From NCBI GenBank assembly GCA_040756435.1, contig JBFLZD010000007.1:18099-82098 (forward strand): a stretch of DNA of 64,000 nt. Reading direction: 5' to 3'. The position numbers and the translations under genes were made by a program. Below, piece after piece: positions 9,782 to 20,987 of the stretch. How positions within the stretch are numbered: position 1 is the first letter of the stretch; each line of letters starts with the position of its first letter. Origin of the DNA: Spirochaetota bacterium. GTDB lineage: Bacteria > Spirochaetota > UBA4802 > UB4802. Below the pieces are notes generated by a model, which had not been told where the DNA came from, did no database searches, and saw only the letters and a program-made list of their open reading frames with translations.

Positions 9782-11044
9782 ATGGGGCTACCTGTGAAGA
9801 AAGTACTGATATTCATGTGTATATGTATACTGAGTTTTTCTGTATATGCCAGTGCTCAGATTGCCGGTACCGCAATGGGGGGCATATCTACAGTTACTTC
9901 TGAAGGAGCAATCGATACTACACGAAACCCTGCTTTGCTTGGAACATTACCAGCAGCATCAACTTCATTATACCTTATGGGAAATGTTTATTATAATGAA
10001 AATTCAAACCCTGAATTTAATGCATCTGGATTAACCATATATTCCATAAAACAGGAAAACGACTATAATTATTTTATTTCATTATTTGCTGGCTATGCAA
10101 AACCAGCAGGCAACGGAGCAATTGGCTACAGCCTGTCCTCAAAAGAAAATTTATATTCAAGAAGAAAAGATACTCAGACACTCAAAGGTAGTATTCCACC
10201 CGATTTTGTGCAAACAGAAACAACGACAACCAACCAGATAAACCCTACGCTGAGCGTTGCATACGGCTGGAAGCTTTCAGACAATACGTTTACCGGCATT
10301 CAGTTAGAAATAACACCATTTTTTTCAAATAAAAAAACTGACAATAATAACTCTCTGGGAACCAGTTACTCATACACCAAGCAAGAATATGGTGTTATCA
10401 TCCAGCCTTCTTTGGGATTTTTACTCATCAGCAATGATTCACAGGTAGGGTTACAGTTAAGTCCTTCCACAATAAAGTGTGTAAAAAAGAAAGCGGATGC
10501 TGATTTCACCGGCACAAAACTTTCATATAGCGACAGCTGGGATATTCAGCAGTCTGAGGGACCAAAGATAGTTGCCGGTGGATATTCAAAAATACATCCA
10601 CACGTTGGTTTAGCACTTGAATTTGGATTGTTTTTGCCGTACTCGTATACCAATACCGATATAAATGTCACGGATAACCCCCTCCCTGCAATCAATCATT
10701 CATCATTAACTATCAATAATGACCCAATTGTTTCTATGAAAGGTGGTTTTCAGTATGTGTTTACAGAAAAACTTGAATGCATGGCAGGTATTGCATTTTT
10801 TCATTTTTTGAATACTGCTGGAAATTCTAAAAGCTATGGGAAAGGCAAAATTAATTTCACATTAATAACATTTGCCACAAATTATTCATTTTCATCAGCA
10901 ATAGTGCTTTCAACGATGGCCTTGATAACCAATAGTGCATTTGAATCATATTATCATGTTGCAGACACAATGTCTCTGGATGCTAAAACAAAAATAAATT
11001 CATGGAATGTAACAGTTGGCGCAGGCCTATCGTATAGATTGTAA
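9782..11044 (+). CDS. Outer-membrane beta-barrel protein, probably FadL/TodX-family hydrophobic-compound transporter
   Basis: Signal peptide. Mature N-terminus AQIAGTAMGGISTVTSEGAIDTTRNPALLG resembles the FadL N-terminal hatch motif (..NPAgL). Alternating beta-strand pattern, about 420 aa. Confidence 0.5.
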   Translation: MGLPVKKVLIFMCICILSFSVYASAQIAGTAMGGISTVTSEGAIDTTRNPALLGTLPAASTSLYLMGNVYYNENSNPEFNASGLTIYSIKQENDYNYFISLFAGYAKPAGNGAIGYSLSSKENLYSRRKDTQTLKGSIPPDFVQTETTTTNQINPTLSVAYGWKLSDNTFTGIQLEITPFFSNKKTDNNNSLGTSYSYTKQEYGVIIQPSLGFLLISNDSQVGLQLSPSTIKCVKKKADADFTGTKLSYSDSWDIQQSEGPKIVAGGYSKIHPHVGLALEFGLFLPYSYTNTDINVTDNPLPAINHSSLTINNDPIVSMKGGFQYVFTEKLECMAGIAFFHFLNTAGNSKSYGKGKINFTLITFATNYSFSSAIVLSTMALITNSAFESYYHVADTMSLDAKTKINSWNVTVGAGLSYRL

Positions 11045-11068
11045 TTATAGCAAGGGTATGATTCCCTA

Positions 11069-13282
11069 TTACTCATAATCTTTAATAAATGCAGACACCC
11101 TGCGTGCCACAACCTTACCTTCTTCACCACGGGTAATCCCATGGCTTTTTGAATGCACCATGGTAAATTCCTTCTTTTCAGAGGGGATCTTCATGAACAT
11201 TTCAAATGCACCCTTTGGGTCCACAGTCTTATCACCTGTACCCTGCATAATTAACACTGGAATATGTATATCAGTAAGCCGCTCTTCCACAAGGTTCATT
11301 AATGATTCCATTTGGTGAATGCCCGAAACAGGATTTCGCAAATAGTTGATATCCGGGTTATCCGGATGATTGGGAATATAATCCAGTCTGCCAATTTTTT
11401 TTATTTTTAAAAATGAAAGAAATTTATTCCAGGTATCCACTACTGGAGCAAGGCCTGCAGCAATATTCTGCAGTCTAAACGGTGCGCTGATAGCAATAGC
11501 ACCCTGCAGCACATCTTTCTTATTGGCAGCATGCAATAGTGTAAGCCCGGCACCTGTTGAGAATCCACACAAAAATATTTTTTGAGTACTATTCTTTAAA
11601 ACAATGTACCCCCGGTTCACCGATTCATACCACTCTTCAAAGCTTCGCGTTGCTAAATCCTCAGGTGATGTACCATGACCCCGCAATCGTGTACAATACA
11701 CTGTATACCCTTTTTTATACAGAAATTCAGCCAACTGTCGCATCTCTTCAGGTGCTGCCATATATCCATGAACTAGCACAATTCCAGTGCACGCAAACCA
11801 TCTTTTTTTATACAAAGGCATCCCAATATGCTTTGGCTTTGTTTCACCCTGTTTAAAAAATTCTTTATAGTCTTTTTCAAATATCTCTATATCTCTTTTA
11901 TAAAAACTTTTGACAAGCTTACGCCGTATACAAAACATTGGGGTAAAGAAAACTCTATCAAGCTTTTTAACCACCTGATCTAACGGCTCAATCTCATTTT
12001 TTAAAACTTCAACAATATTATCTTTCCGTATGGTGTGAAATTCATACAGTCTGGAAAACTTTTCCTTATTTTTATATATAATCCCATCCTTAATTGAAAT
12101 TAATCCTTCAGATTTTGCTGCATCTATAAAATCATTGTATCTTCCATGAGGATCATCGGTTAATAGATATCCCTGTTTCAGCTGAAGTGACGTGTGACAT
12201 GTAGCTAAATTCAATTTTTTTACAGCTTCTATTGCACAATACGCTTTAGTTTTAAAATCAGTTTCTTTAATGCAATTCTTTGTTTTAGTCAAAAAATACG
12301 AAAATATATGATCATGATTAAGGGTTGTCATACCATAAATATCACGCATATACCGGTACATGATATCAATTGCTATCTTCCTGAGTAACACATCAGATTG
12401 TAACTCTTGCGGATCCAAATACAATTTCCTGCTTTTAATTTTTTGTTTTGCAAGATAGCTTTTTAAATAGGGGCTTATGGCAATGGGATTACCAAAATTA
12501 ATATCAATATCAACCCCTTCAACAAGCATTGTCCCTTCAACTTCAAGTTCCTCTTCAATACGCTCTGGCAGGGATTTTACCAGTTTGTTTGCAATTTTAT
12601 TGATTACATTGGCACGCGCTCTGATTGGGAAATAGGTAATATTAACAGGTACTATATACGTTTCCTGGTTTGTTATGTGCGATAGTTCCTGCTGAGATAT
12701 TCCAAAGTGTGCCATCAGATTGTTCAGCTCATCACAGGCATTGCGCTCATTACAACTTTTGAGCTCCTCCCTATAAAATTGTGCACGTAATGCAATAAAA
12801 GCTGCTCCGGTATGAGGGGGCCTTCGTATCCCTGAATTGTACACCATATATTTCCCACGCTCAACAAGCTTTTTATCCTTAACCATCTGGCCTTCGGGGA
12901 ATATGATGCAATCCATATCACCACGAAGCAATGCTCCAATAAACTTTACATCCCGCAGAGGGTCTTTAGTTGACACTGCCCCCACCTTTTCCATGAATTT
13001 GCCAAACCCGCCAACAAAGAAGCTATGGTGAGCAAGCGAATAAATATATTTCCCTGTGATTTTATGAATCACATTGGGCAGGAAAAATGTTTCCATACGG
13101 GTGAAATGATTTACCACAAAAACTACCGGTGCTTTGGGAATTCTATCAGCATCATGTACGCGTATATCAGCCTTACTGAATTTTGCAAGTATATCAATTG
13201 CCTTGCCTGTTAGATTTAATAGATTGTAGGATAAATCCATGGCTCTTCCCTTATTAATATGTATTATGTTTAAAATCTTCAA
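11069..13282 (-). CDS. Fusion protein: PlsC-type lysophospholipid acyltransferase domain + C-terminal alpha/beta-hydrolase (lysophospholipase/esterase-like)
   Basis: N-terminal half has acyltransferase block I ([10 protein letters not shown]-x4-D/E) and block III (IIFPEGQ). C-terminal half has the nucleophile elbow GFSTGAGL (G-x-S-x-G) and an alpha/beta-hydrolase topology. Confidence 0.7.
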   Translation of the reverse strand: MKILNIIHINKGRAMDLSYNLLNLTGKAIDILAKFSKADIRVHDADRIPKAPVVFVVNHFTRMETFFLPNVIHKITGKYIYSLAHHSFFVGGFGKFMEKVGAVSTKDPLRDVKFIGALLRGDMDCIIFPEGQMVKDKKLVERGKYMVYNSGIRRPPHTGAAFIALRAQFYREELKSCNERNACDELNNLMAHFGISQQELSHITNQETYIVPVNITYFPIRARANVINKIANKLVKSLPERIEEELEVEGTMLVEGVDIDINFGNPIAISPYLKSYLAKQKIKSRKLYLDPQELQSDVLLRKIAIDIMYRYMRDIYGMTTLNHDHIFSYFLTKTKNCIKETDFKTKAYCAIEAVKKLNLATCHTSLQLKQGYLLTDDPHGRYNDFIDAAKSEGLISIKDGIIYKNKEKFSRLYEFHTIRKDNIVEVLKNEIEPLDQVVKKLDRVFFTPMFCIRRKLVKSFYKRDIEIFEKDYKEFFKQGETKPKHIGMPLYKKRWFACTGIVLVHGYMAAPEEMRQLAEFLYKKGYTVYCTRLRGHGTSPEDLATRSFEEWYESVNRGYIVLKNSTQKIFLCGFSTGAGLTLLHAANKKDVLQGAIAISAPFRLQNIAAGLAPVVDTWNKFLSFLKIKKIGRLDYIPNHPDNPDINYLRNPVSGIHQMESLMNLVEERLTDIHIPVLIMQGTGDKTVDPKGAFEMFMKIPSEKKEFTMVHSKSHGITRGEEGKVVARRVSAFIKDYE

Positions 13283-13703
13283 TTATTGATGCATGGTCAA
13301 ATGCAATAGGTTGCGGTAATTCATTAACATTAAATATTCCTATCTCTTTAGCATCATCCTGTGCCCGTGGTATACCTTTTGCCTTTGCTACATATACTGT
13401 AGTGATTGTATGCTGTCGTGGATCCCGTGATGGGTCAGAATATGTGTGAAATTGTTTTAACAATGTCACGTCTAATGAAGTTTCTTCCTTTGCTTCCCGT
13501 ACTGCTGCCTGCTCTAATGTTTCACCATAGTCAACAAAGCCACCTGGCAATGCCCAGCCATATGGTGGGTTTTTTCTTTTTATCAATATAATTTCATCAC
13601 TCCTAATAGTACCATTTTCATCTTCCAGTAATATTATTATGTCTACTGTTGGTACCGGATTACGGTATTCAGACATGAGCATATCCTCTTCAATCTGACA
13701 CAA
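13254..13703 (-). CDS. NUDIX hydrolase
   Basis: Nudix box [24 protein letters not shown] (G-x5-E-x7-REUxEExGU). Confidence 0.8.
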   Translation of the reverse strand: MCQIEEDMLMSEYRNPVPTVDIIILLEDENGTIRSDEIILIKRKNPPYGWALPGGFVDYGETLEQAAVREAKEETSLDVTLLKQFHTYSDPSRDPRQHTITTVYVAKAKGIPRAQDDAKEIGIFNVNELPQPIAFDHASIIEDFKHNTY

Positions 13704-13723
13704 ATTGCATTGGCTAAAAATTA

Positions 13724-14803
13724 CTACGAAAAACGTTTTACCAGTGTAATTTCATTTCCCTTTTCATTAAAAGATACTTCAAAAATATCCTGCAACATGG
13801 TCAACCCAACACCATGGTAATTATAGATCAAATTGCCATCAGGAGTAGCTGAAACATATTGTTTCCAATCAAAACCTTTCCCTTCATCGGTAATAATATA
13901 TTTTACATAATCAGAAAAAAGATAGTATTGTACTTTAATTTTTCTATTTTCTAAATTGTCTTTATTGCATATATCAAGCACATGGTCCCAGTAGTTACCT
14001 TCCATTTTTTTCAATCTGCTTTTTGTTTCAAAATCTATCTCTAAATTGCCATGCTCTATTGCATTAATAATGGCTTCCTGCAATCCAAGCTGAATGCGGA
14101 TAATTTCACGCTTCTCCAGATACGGCTCTAAGTTACGTGTCAGACGGTATGATAGCAGGTTAACCATACGTATATTGTTATCAATAATAAATTCTGCATA
14201 TTCTGTTTTCAGATAATGGCTGGTGAGAAAATCAGACTGTATAACCCTCCCAATGGCAAGAATATACTGCAAGCTGTTATCCTGAAACACTGGAATTAAT
14301 TTAAATGCTATTGATTTAATTTCAGAATGATGTTGAACCTTACAGGGCAATACTATCTCGGCTTCATAACCTTTAAAGACATCCCTGAACCGGCTTAACA
14401 AAAGGTCCCGCAACCGTATTGAGTCCTCAAAAGATTTTTCGTATAAAATAATCCTGAAAGGCTGATTAACAATGTCTTCTTTATCATATCTAAGAATTGT
14501 TGTGAGCGAAGGATTAACACTCAATATTTTACCAAACATATCAAGCAGGATTATGATCTCATCTGAATGCTGGATAATAACATCTTTTAATGCTAATTCA
14601 TTTTTACTGGTTACTATCTCCCTGGTAGCAGTAATTAAAAACCGTATGGTTGTATAAATACCTATACTTAATGTCGTAATAAAAAGAAAAAATAAAAAAA
14701 TATATAATGGCACTGAAATTAAATGTTTGCTGACATGGTAAATAAATATATAGATAACCAGCGGAAGAGTAATTATTAACAGTGCTAATATACCATATAA
14801 CAA
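13724..14803 (-). CDS. Membrane sensor with PAS-like domain and GHKL (HATPase_c) ATPase domain; histidine-kinase-like / RsbW-type serine kinase candidate
   Basis: Two N-terminal TM helices. Central PAS-like region. C-terminal N-box (INAIEHGN) and G1 box (ITDEGKGFD). No clear H-box/HisKA. Confidence 0.6.
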   Translation of the reverse strand: MLYGILALLIITLPLVIYIFIYHVSKHLISVPLYIFLFFLFITTLSIGIYTTIRFLITATREIVTSKNELALKDVIIQHSDEIIILLDMFGKILSVNPSLTTILRYDKEDIVNQPFRIILYEKSFEDSIRLRDLLLSRFRDVFKGYEAEIVLPCKVQHHSEIKSIAFKLIPVFQDNSLQYILAIGRVIQSDFLTSHYLKTEYAEFIIDNNIRMVNLLSYRLTRNLEPYLEKREIIRIQLGLQEAIINAIEHGNLEIDFETKSRLKKMEGNYWDHVLDICNKDNLENRKIKVQYYLFSDYVKYIITDEGKGFDWKQYVSATPDGNLIYNYHGVGLTMLQDIFEVSFNEKGNEITLVKRFS

Positions 14804-15172
14804 CGCAATCCATTTTTTTCTGTTTTTGAGTATAAGTATATGTTCTGATCTGTTTCATATCTAACGCCGGCAATACCTATAGCAAAATGATCACTTTTAA
14901 ATCCTCATAAAGGGTAACAAAACCCGTTACAGTAACCCTAATAGCATTATAGTAAATATTTATTATAAAATACAAGCAAATTGTTTTTAATGGGAAAAAA
15001 ATAGCTTGAATAAATAGTATACGCTTATTTGATTGCATTACCCTATGTGTTATGGTAAAATGCAAAAAAATATAACACTTATGATAAAATTATTTAATAA
15101 TATTTGTAGTATATAGTAAAATGTAATATATTTATCTTCATACAATATATCTTAATTTTTTTATAGCTATAT

Positions 15173-16759
15173 ATGGATACTGAGAAAAAACACATTATAC
15201 TCTATGACACCACATTACGGGATGGTGCACAAACATTTGGGATATCCTTTTCCCTGCAGGATAAAATACGGATTGCACTGGAATTAGACAGGCTTAATAT
15301 AGATTATATAGAAGGCGGTTGGCCGGGTTCCAATCCAAAAGACAATATATTCTTTTCAGAGATCCGTAAAGCCAACCTGAAACATTCTAAAATTGCTGCT
15401 TTTGGTTCAACAAAACGTCCAAAGATGAAATTAACAGAGGACACGCTGTTACAGGATCTTATTAATTCCAACGCTCCCACCTTAACTATTGTTGCAAAAT
15501 CCTGGGATTTTCATGTCACCGATGCCCTGAATATAAGCCTTGAAGAAAATTTAGCTCTTGTATATGATACTGTTGCATATTTAAAGGATAAAGGCTTTGA
15601 AGTATTCCTGGATGCGGAACATTTTTATGACGGTTATAAAGCCAACCCTGACTATGCCATGAAAGTTCTGGAAAGTGCGGTAAAAGCAGGCGTTGATATG
15701 CTGGTACTGTGCGACACCAACGGCGGCACACTGACTCATGAAATCAGCTCCATAACAGGAACAGTATGTTCTATATATAACACTCCTGTTGGTGTTCACC
15801 ACCATAACGATGCTGGGGTGGCTGTGGCAAATGGTATAGCAGCTGTATTAAGCGGAGCCATTTCAGTGCAGGGAACCATCAATGGGTATGGTGAACGCTG
15901 TGGCAACTGCGATCTGACTACCTTAATCCCTAATCTTGTATTAAAATTAGGGTATAGCTGTAACGCTGCTGAATCACTGCATCATTTAACTGAAACAAGC
16001 CGCTATATAAGTGAAATTGCAAATCTGGCACATAATGAACGCGCTCCATACGTGGGCGATAATGCATTTGCCCATAAAGGTGGTATCCATGTATCAGCAC
16101 TTAAGCGCAATACATCTACTTACGAACATATAAACCCTGAACTTGTGGGCAACAGGCGAAAGGTTCTTATTTCAGAACTGGCAGGTAAAAGCAACATTCA
16201 GGTAAAAGCTCAGGAATTAGGTATTTCTATAAATAAAATTGAATTGCCAGAAAAAATACTCAGGCGCATCAAGGACTTAGAAGATCAAGGATTCCAATTT
16301 GAAGCAGCAGAAGGTTCGTTTGAATTATTAATCAGGCGAAGCAATGGCGAATATGCACCATTTTTTACCTTAAAGGGTTTCAGGGTAATCACTGAAAAAG
16401 ATGAATCAGGCAGGGTAACCTGCGAGGCTACCATAAAAGTTGAAGTAGATGGCCAGATTGAGCATACTGCTGCAAACGGAAACGGCCCCGTTCAGGCACT
16501 GGATAATGCATTGCGTAAGGCACTGGAAAACTTTTATCCGGAAATCCGTGAATTACAGCTTTCTGATTATAAGGTACGCGTACTCAATGAAAAAGATGGC
16601 ACAGGTTCTTCCGTCCGCGTCCTAATTGACCAGAAACGCCATACGCAGCATTGGGGCACGGTTGGGGTTTCTACCAATATTATTGAAGCTTCATGGCAGG
16701 CACTGGTTGATGGCATAGAATACATGTTGCTTAAAACACGAAAAAACTCAACACATTAG
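15173..16759 (+). CDS. LeuA-family synthase, most consistent with (R)-citramalate synthase CimA / 2-isopropylmalate synthase
   Basis: N-terminal ILYDTTLRDGAQ HMGL-like TIM-barrel motif, HHHNDAG metal site and C-terminal LeuA-dimerisation-like domain. The 528-aa size is typical of the short CimA type. Confidence 0.85.
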   Translation: MDTEKKHIILYDTTLRDGAQTFGISFSLQDKIRIALELDRLNIDYIEGGWPGSNPKDNIFFSEIRKANLKHSKIAAFGSTKRPKMKLTEDTLLQDLINSNAPTLTIVAKSWDFHVTDALNISLEENLALVYDTVAYLKDKGFEVFLDAEHFYDGYKANPDYAMKVLESAVKAGVDMLVLCDTNGGTLTHEISSITGTVCSIYNTPVGVHHHNDAGVAVANGIAAVLSGAISVQGTINGYGERCGNCDLTTLIPNLVLKLGYSCNAAESLHHLTETSRYISEIANLAHNERAPYVGDNAFAHKGGIHVSALKRNTSTYEHINPELVGNRRKVLISELAGKSNIQVKAQELGISINKIELPEKILRRIKDLEDQGFQFEAAEGSFELLIRRSNGEYAPFFTLKGFRVITEKDESGRVTCEATIKVEVDGQIEHTAANGNGPVQALDNALRKALENFYPEIRELQLSDYKVRVLNEKDGTGSSVRVLIDQKRHTQHWGTVGVSTNIIEASWQALVDGIEYMLLKTRKNSTH

Positions 16760-16783
16760 TATAAACAGGCATAATCAACTGTT

Positions 16784-17578
16784 ATGGATTCACGACCCAT
16801 TGGCATATTTGATTCCGGTATTGGGGGGCTTACGGTATGTAAAGCTATCAATAAGCTCTTACCCGGAGAAAATCTTATCTATTTTGGTGATACAGCTCGT
16901 TTCCCCTACGGTACCCGCTCTGCAGAAACCCTTATACGCTATGCACGGCAGATTACTTCATACCTGCTATCACGCGATGTCAAAATGATTGTGATTGCAT
17001 GCAACACATCATCAGCAGCAGCGCTTCCCACTCTTCAGCAGGAGAATACTATACCCATCATTGGCGTTATTAATGCTGGTGCCCGAGCAGCATGTAAAAG
17101 GGTTCATAACAATCTGATTGGAGTTATTGGCACCCGTGCAACTGTAAATAGCAAATCGTATGAAAAAGCAATTCATGCCATTAACCCCGCTATCACCGTA
17201 ATTCAACAACATGCCACCCTGCTGGTATCACTCATTGAGGAAGGCTGGATTGAAGATGATGTTACCAGGTTAACCATACAACGGTATCTGCACCATATGA
17301 TTGATCAGGATTTAAAAACCCTCATCTTAGGCTGTACACATTTCCCAATACTGAAAAACACCATTCATGAAGTATATCCCCAGCTTGATTTAGTTGATAC
17401 AGGGGAAGAAATAGCCAAAGAAGTAAATGAAATTTTAATTAAAAAAAATCTTGCAAATAATTCATCTTCAGGCACAATAGAGCTCTATGCATCGGACATT
17501 ACTGATACCATGCAAAATTTAAAAAAATTATTCTTCAATGGGCATGATGTCCCTATTGAAAAACTCGTTATAGGATAG
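16784..17578 (+). CDS. murI: Glutamate racemase
   Basis: IGIFDSGIGGLTV, ACNTSS and GCTHFP catalytic-Cys motifs. Length 264 aa. Confidence 0.9.
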   Translation: MDSRPIGIFDSGIGGLTVCKAINKLLPGENLIYFGDTARFPYGTRSAETLIRYARQITSYLLSRDVKMIVIACNTSSAAALPTLQQENTIPIIGVINAGARAACKRVHNNLIGVIGTRATVNSKSYEKAIHAINPAITVIQQHATLLVSLIEEGWIEDDVTRLTIQRYLHHMIDQDLKTLILGCTHFPILKNTIHEVYPQLDLVDTGEEIAKEVNEILIKKNLANNSSSGTIELYASDITDTMQNLKKLFFNGHDVPIEKLVIG

Positions 17579-17582
17579 CTCA

Positions 17583-18524
17583 ATGATAAAAAAACTTTGC
17601 ATTATAATTGTAACCATTGTTACAGCCGTGCCTGTTTTTGCCTGGGAAACTTTTGACAGAGTAATTGCTGTTGTTAATGATACTGCCATAATCCAGAGCG
17701 AACTCATGCGCCGTTACCAGATAGTTACCAGGAAACAAACACCTAAAAAACCTGAAGAGCTAAATTCCATCCTTGACAACCTGATTGAAAGAGCGCTCAT
17801 TGAACAGGAAGCCCGTGAACAGGCAATAATCATTAGCGATGAAAAAGTAATGTCACATATAAACAATATTATGAAATCGCAGAAGATTTCTTCTCTGGAT
17901 GTTTTTAAAAAGATGGTTGAAGAAAAAGAAGGAATCAGTTTTGATGAATATAAAGAAGAAATTCGCCAGAGCCTGCTTACTGAAATGCTTGTGTCACTGG
18001 CAATAGGTGTTTCACCACCATCAAAAGATGAGGCATATCAGTGGTATAAAGAAAATAAAAATAAATTGGGGAATGAAGTACATATCAAGCAGATAGTTAT
18101 ACGGCCAAAAAACTCAAGTTTTGCCGAGGAAAAGCGTGCCAATGAATTAATAAAGCAGATACGCGACAGCATTTTAAAAGGTGAATCATTTGAAAAACTT
18201 GCCTCACAATATTCAGAAGACCCAAGTGCAAAGAATGGCGGCGACATTGGCTGGCTTGCTTTAGCTGAAATGGATCCGTATATGGCAAACACTGTATTCA
18301 GGATGAAAAAACCCGGTGAAATATCACCAGTCATAAAAACACAAACAGGCTATACAATCGTAAAACTAATGGATTCACGGCCAACATCATTTGAAACAGT
18401 GCAGGATAGAATCTTGAATATGCTGTATCAACGCAATATGGGCGAACAGTTCAAAAAATGGATTGTAACCCGCAGAGCACAATCCGATATTAAGATATAT
18501 CTTGAAAATTACAGGCAGAGCTAG
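17583..18524 (+). CDS. Peptidyl-prolyl cis-trans isomerase, SurA/PrsA-like (parvulin domain)
   Basis: Signal peptide, SurA-N-like helical domain, parvulin motif DIGWLA...GEISPVIKTQTGYTIVKL. Confidence 0.8.
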   Translation: MIKKLCIIIVTIVTAVPVFAWETFDRVIAVVNDTAIIQSELMRRYQIVTRKQTPKKPEELNSILDNLIERALIEQEAREQAIIISDEKVMSHINNIMKSQKISSLDVFKKMVEEKEGISFDEYKEEIRQSLLTEMLVSLAIGVSPPSKDEAYQWYKENKNKLGNEVHIKQIVIRPKNSSFAEEKRANELIKQIRDSILKGESFEKLASQYSEDPSAKNGGDIGWLALAEMDPYMANTVFRMKKPGEISPVIKTQTGYTIVKLMDSRPTSFETVQDRILNMLYQRNMGEQFKKWIVTRRAQSDIKIYLENYRQS

Positions 18525-18532
18525 GAAATACC

Positions 18533-20032
18533 GTGAACACGCAAGCCTTAATTTTTGTCGATAGCTCAATTAAAGATGACAATCCTTTAACATTCAACGG
18601 ACAGTTTATCCCAGATAGTATTGCACAGAAAATACAATCCCTGCCTGCTATTGAATCCATCCATTACTGTATTCCAGAGTCTTATACAGGTAAACTAAAA
18701 CAGGCTGGTTCAGTTTTTACCTATTCAAACACTGACACCCCTGAAATGTGGCACCAGATTTTTACACAGACAGGTGCACTCCACATCATAAAGATACCTG
18801 CTGATGCAGCGTTTTTCCAGCCTTCAATAGTATCTGAAATGCTTGATACACACAGTAAATATCTTTCAGAATTTACCTTTTCCTACAACCTGCCATCAGG
18901 CTATGCATGTGAGATTATATCAAAATCAGTTCTTGAAAATCCGCTTGCAAACCCAACGCTACCAAACTCACTTTGCGACATTGTTAAAAGCAATCTTAAC
19001 CAGTTTGATGTGGAACTGTACTATAAAGAACCGGATTTGCGCTGGCACAGGGTAAACTTTAGAGCCGCAAACATCCGCGACCGGCTTGTCATGCAGAATA
19101 TTATCGCTGTCAATAACCAGACACCACCATACGAATTGTTGCAGGATATAATCGAAAATCACCCGGAGGTTCTTTTTAGCACACCTTCCTATGTAGAAAT
19201 TGAACTGTGTGGGCATTGTAACATTGACTGCATATTCTGCTATCGCAATATACTATCGCCTCAGCATGGCATCATGGAACTATCCACACTCCAAACGCTT
19301 CTTGAAAAGATGCGATTGTTTAATACACCATATGCTGTGTGTTTTGGTGGAAGTGGCGAGCCTCTGCAGCATCCGCAATTTTATAAGGCACTGGAACTTT
19401 GCAACAACGAAGATTTGATACATACCATTGTTATTGAAACAAATGGCATTGCTGCCAACACTGCTTACGCATCAGCTCTGGCTTCTTTTACAAGCAATAA
19501 AGTAACCACCATAGTGAATATTAATGGCCATAACGCTGAAAGTTATCAAAAGCTGCATAATGCTGATTATTTTAACACAGTTTACGATAATATACTGAAA
19601 CTGAAAGAAATTCTTGAAACAAACAACAAACTTAACAACAATCTTTATATCCAGATACTAAAAATCAATGAAACGGAGAATTTTTTAGATAGTTACTATG
19701 ATTATTGGGAACAGCATAAGATACCTATTATTTTACAAAAGCAAAACACCTATCTTGGACGTATTACCGATAGGCGTTACTCAGACTTAACACCACTGCA
19801 GCGAAAACCATGCTGGCACCTGCGTCAGGATTTATATATATTAAGCGACGGCACCATTGCATTTTGCAAACAGGATATAGATGGAGCAGCAAAACGCGGC
19901 AATATTACTACTGATGACATGAGTGCTATCTGGAAACAACAACAAGAGCATTTTGTTAATGACTATAAGGGAAACAGGGCAAAAAAACCTGATTGCGCAT
20001 TGTGCGATGAATGGTATACTTATAATTTATAA
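18533..20032 (+). CDS. Radical SAM / SPASM-domain enzyme with N-terminal degenerate cytidylyltransferase-like domain (GTG start)
   Basis: CGHCNIDCIFC (C-x3-C-x2-C) radical SAM cluster motif. C-terminal Cys-rich SPASM-like region (CWHL...FCKQD...CALCDEW). The N-terminal ~220 aa align in motif order with the adjacent SpsF-like protein (IKIPADAAF vs VRITADNPF; LPSGYACEIIS vs LPLGTGVEVIA) but lack the N-terminal R/K nucleotide-binding motif. Confidence 0.8.
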   Translation: MNTQALIFVDSSIKDDNPLTFNGQFIPDSIAQKIQSLPAIESIHYCIPESYTGKLKQAGSVFTYSNTDTPEMWHQIFTQTGALHIIKIPADAAFFQPSIVSEMLDTHSKYLSEFTFSYNLPSGYACEIISKSVLENPLANPTLPNSLCDIVKSNLNQFDVELYYKEPDLRWHRVNFRAANIRDRLVMQNIIAVNNQTPPYELLQDIIENHPEVLFSTPSYVEIELCGHCNIDCIFCYRNILSPQHGIMELSTLQTLLEKMRLFNTPYAVCFGGSGEPLQHPQFYKALELCNNEDLIHTIVIETNGIAANTAYASALASFTSNKVTTIVNINGHNAESYQKLHNADYFNTVYDNILKLKEILETNNKLNNNLYIQILKINETENFLDSYYDYWEQHKIPIILQKQNTYLGRITDRRYSDLTPLQRKPCWHLRQDLYILSDGTIAFCKQDIDGAAKRGNITTDDMSAIWKQQQEHFVNDYKGNRAKKPDCALCDEWYTYNL

Positions 20033-20216
20033 AATTTTTTATATTAAATGGATATAAAAACGCCCACCTTTTTTACTGTAAATATGTATAGGTTATCGCG
20101 AATTTTTTATTTATTTTATTTGAGGAATTATCTGTTAAATATTATTAAATGTGAGTTACCAAACTTTCCGGTAAATTTTTTTATTGTTGATTAATATTTC
20201 AAGTTATTATCTTAAT

Positions 20217-20987
20217 TTACTTTTTTTGAGCTATCCGTTTAACCTGATAGGTTTTAAAGGCATTGATATTATAATTCATTTTACAGTATTCTTCTATTTC
20301 AGGGTGGATTGTATATCCAACCATAAATCCAATTACATCTGATTGCAAATATACTCTAAGCCTCTCAAGCATTTTTGCAAATCTATCTATATCCCGTTTA
20401 CCAGGTTGAGCCTTACATTCACCAATAATATATACATCCTTATCATTTTTTACAGCTTTAACATAAATATTAACTTCGTCATACTTGCCACTATCATATT
20501 GTATGTATTTTCTTTCTACCTCCTTAGCTTCTGCACCATATTGATTATAAACAAAATTTTCAATATACGGTATCAAATTATCCTCAATCCCATAGCCTAC
20601 AACCATTGACAATCCACCTACCTGCTTTTTTAAATCATCAACAGTCAAAATGAGATTTTTCAAAACATCTTCTGTCCTTTTCTGTGCTTCTGCTAATTCC
20701 TCAACACGCTGCTCTGTCCTCTTCTGTGCTTCTGCTAATTCCTCAACACGCTGCTCTGTCCTCTTTTGCGCTTCTGCTAATTCCTCAACACGCTGCTCTG
20801 TCCTCCTTTGTGCTTCTGACAGCTCAACTACATTTTCAGTTAACACACGAAATTCTTCTTTAGTTACTGATTGATTGATTTCATTATATATTTTTATTAG
20901 AAGATTGGTCAATACAGTAGCTTCTTTCTCGCCAAAGGTTTCTTTTAAATTTTGATAAATTTCAAACGTATTAATCATTCCCAACAC
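20217..20987 (-). CDS. Coiled-coil tandem-repeat protein with C-terminal PD-(D/E)XK nuclease-like domain; function unknown
   Basis: Three perfect 14-aa repeats ([14 protein letters not shown]) encoded by 42-bp DNA tandem repeats. C-terminal YDEVNIY...[10 protein letters not shown] fits a D...(D/E)xK restriction-endonuclease-fold motif. Confidence 0.5.
   Translation of the reverse strand: MLGMINTFEIYQNLKETFGEKEATVLTNLLIKIYNEINQSVTKEEFRVLTENVVELSEAQRRTEQRVEELAEAQKRTEQRVEELAEAQKRTEQRVEELAEAQKRTEDVLKNLILTVDDLKKQVGGLSMVVGYGIEDNLIPYIENFVYNQYGAEAKEVERKYIQYDSGKYDEVNIYVKAVKNDKDVYIIGECKAQPGKRDIDRFAKMLERLRVYLQSDVIGFMVGYTIHPEIEEYCKMNYNINAFKTYQVKRIAQKK
20665..20830. repeat. 42-bp tandem direct repeat x ~3.3 (unit gcttctgctaattcctcaacacgctgctctgtcctcttctgt) inside the coiled-coil gene
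   Basis: Near-perfect copies at 20686-20727, 20728-20769 and 20770-20811, plus partial flanking copies. Confidence 0.9.

Noticed and set aside
20650-20874. 74-aa plus-strand ORF with repeated [14 protein letters not shown] units
   Set aside because: It is the antisense translation of the 42-bp tandem repeats inside the minus-strand coiled-coil gene.
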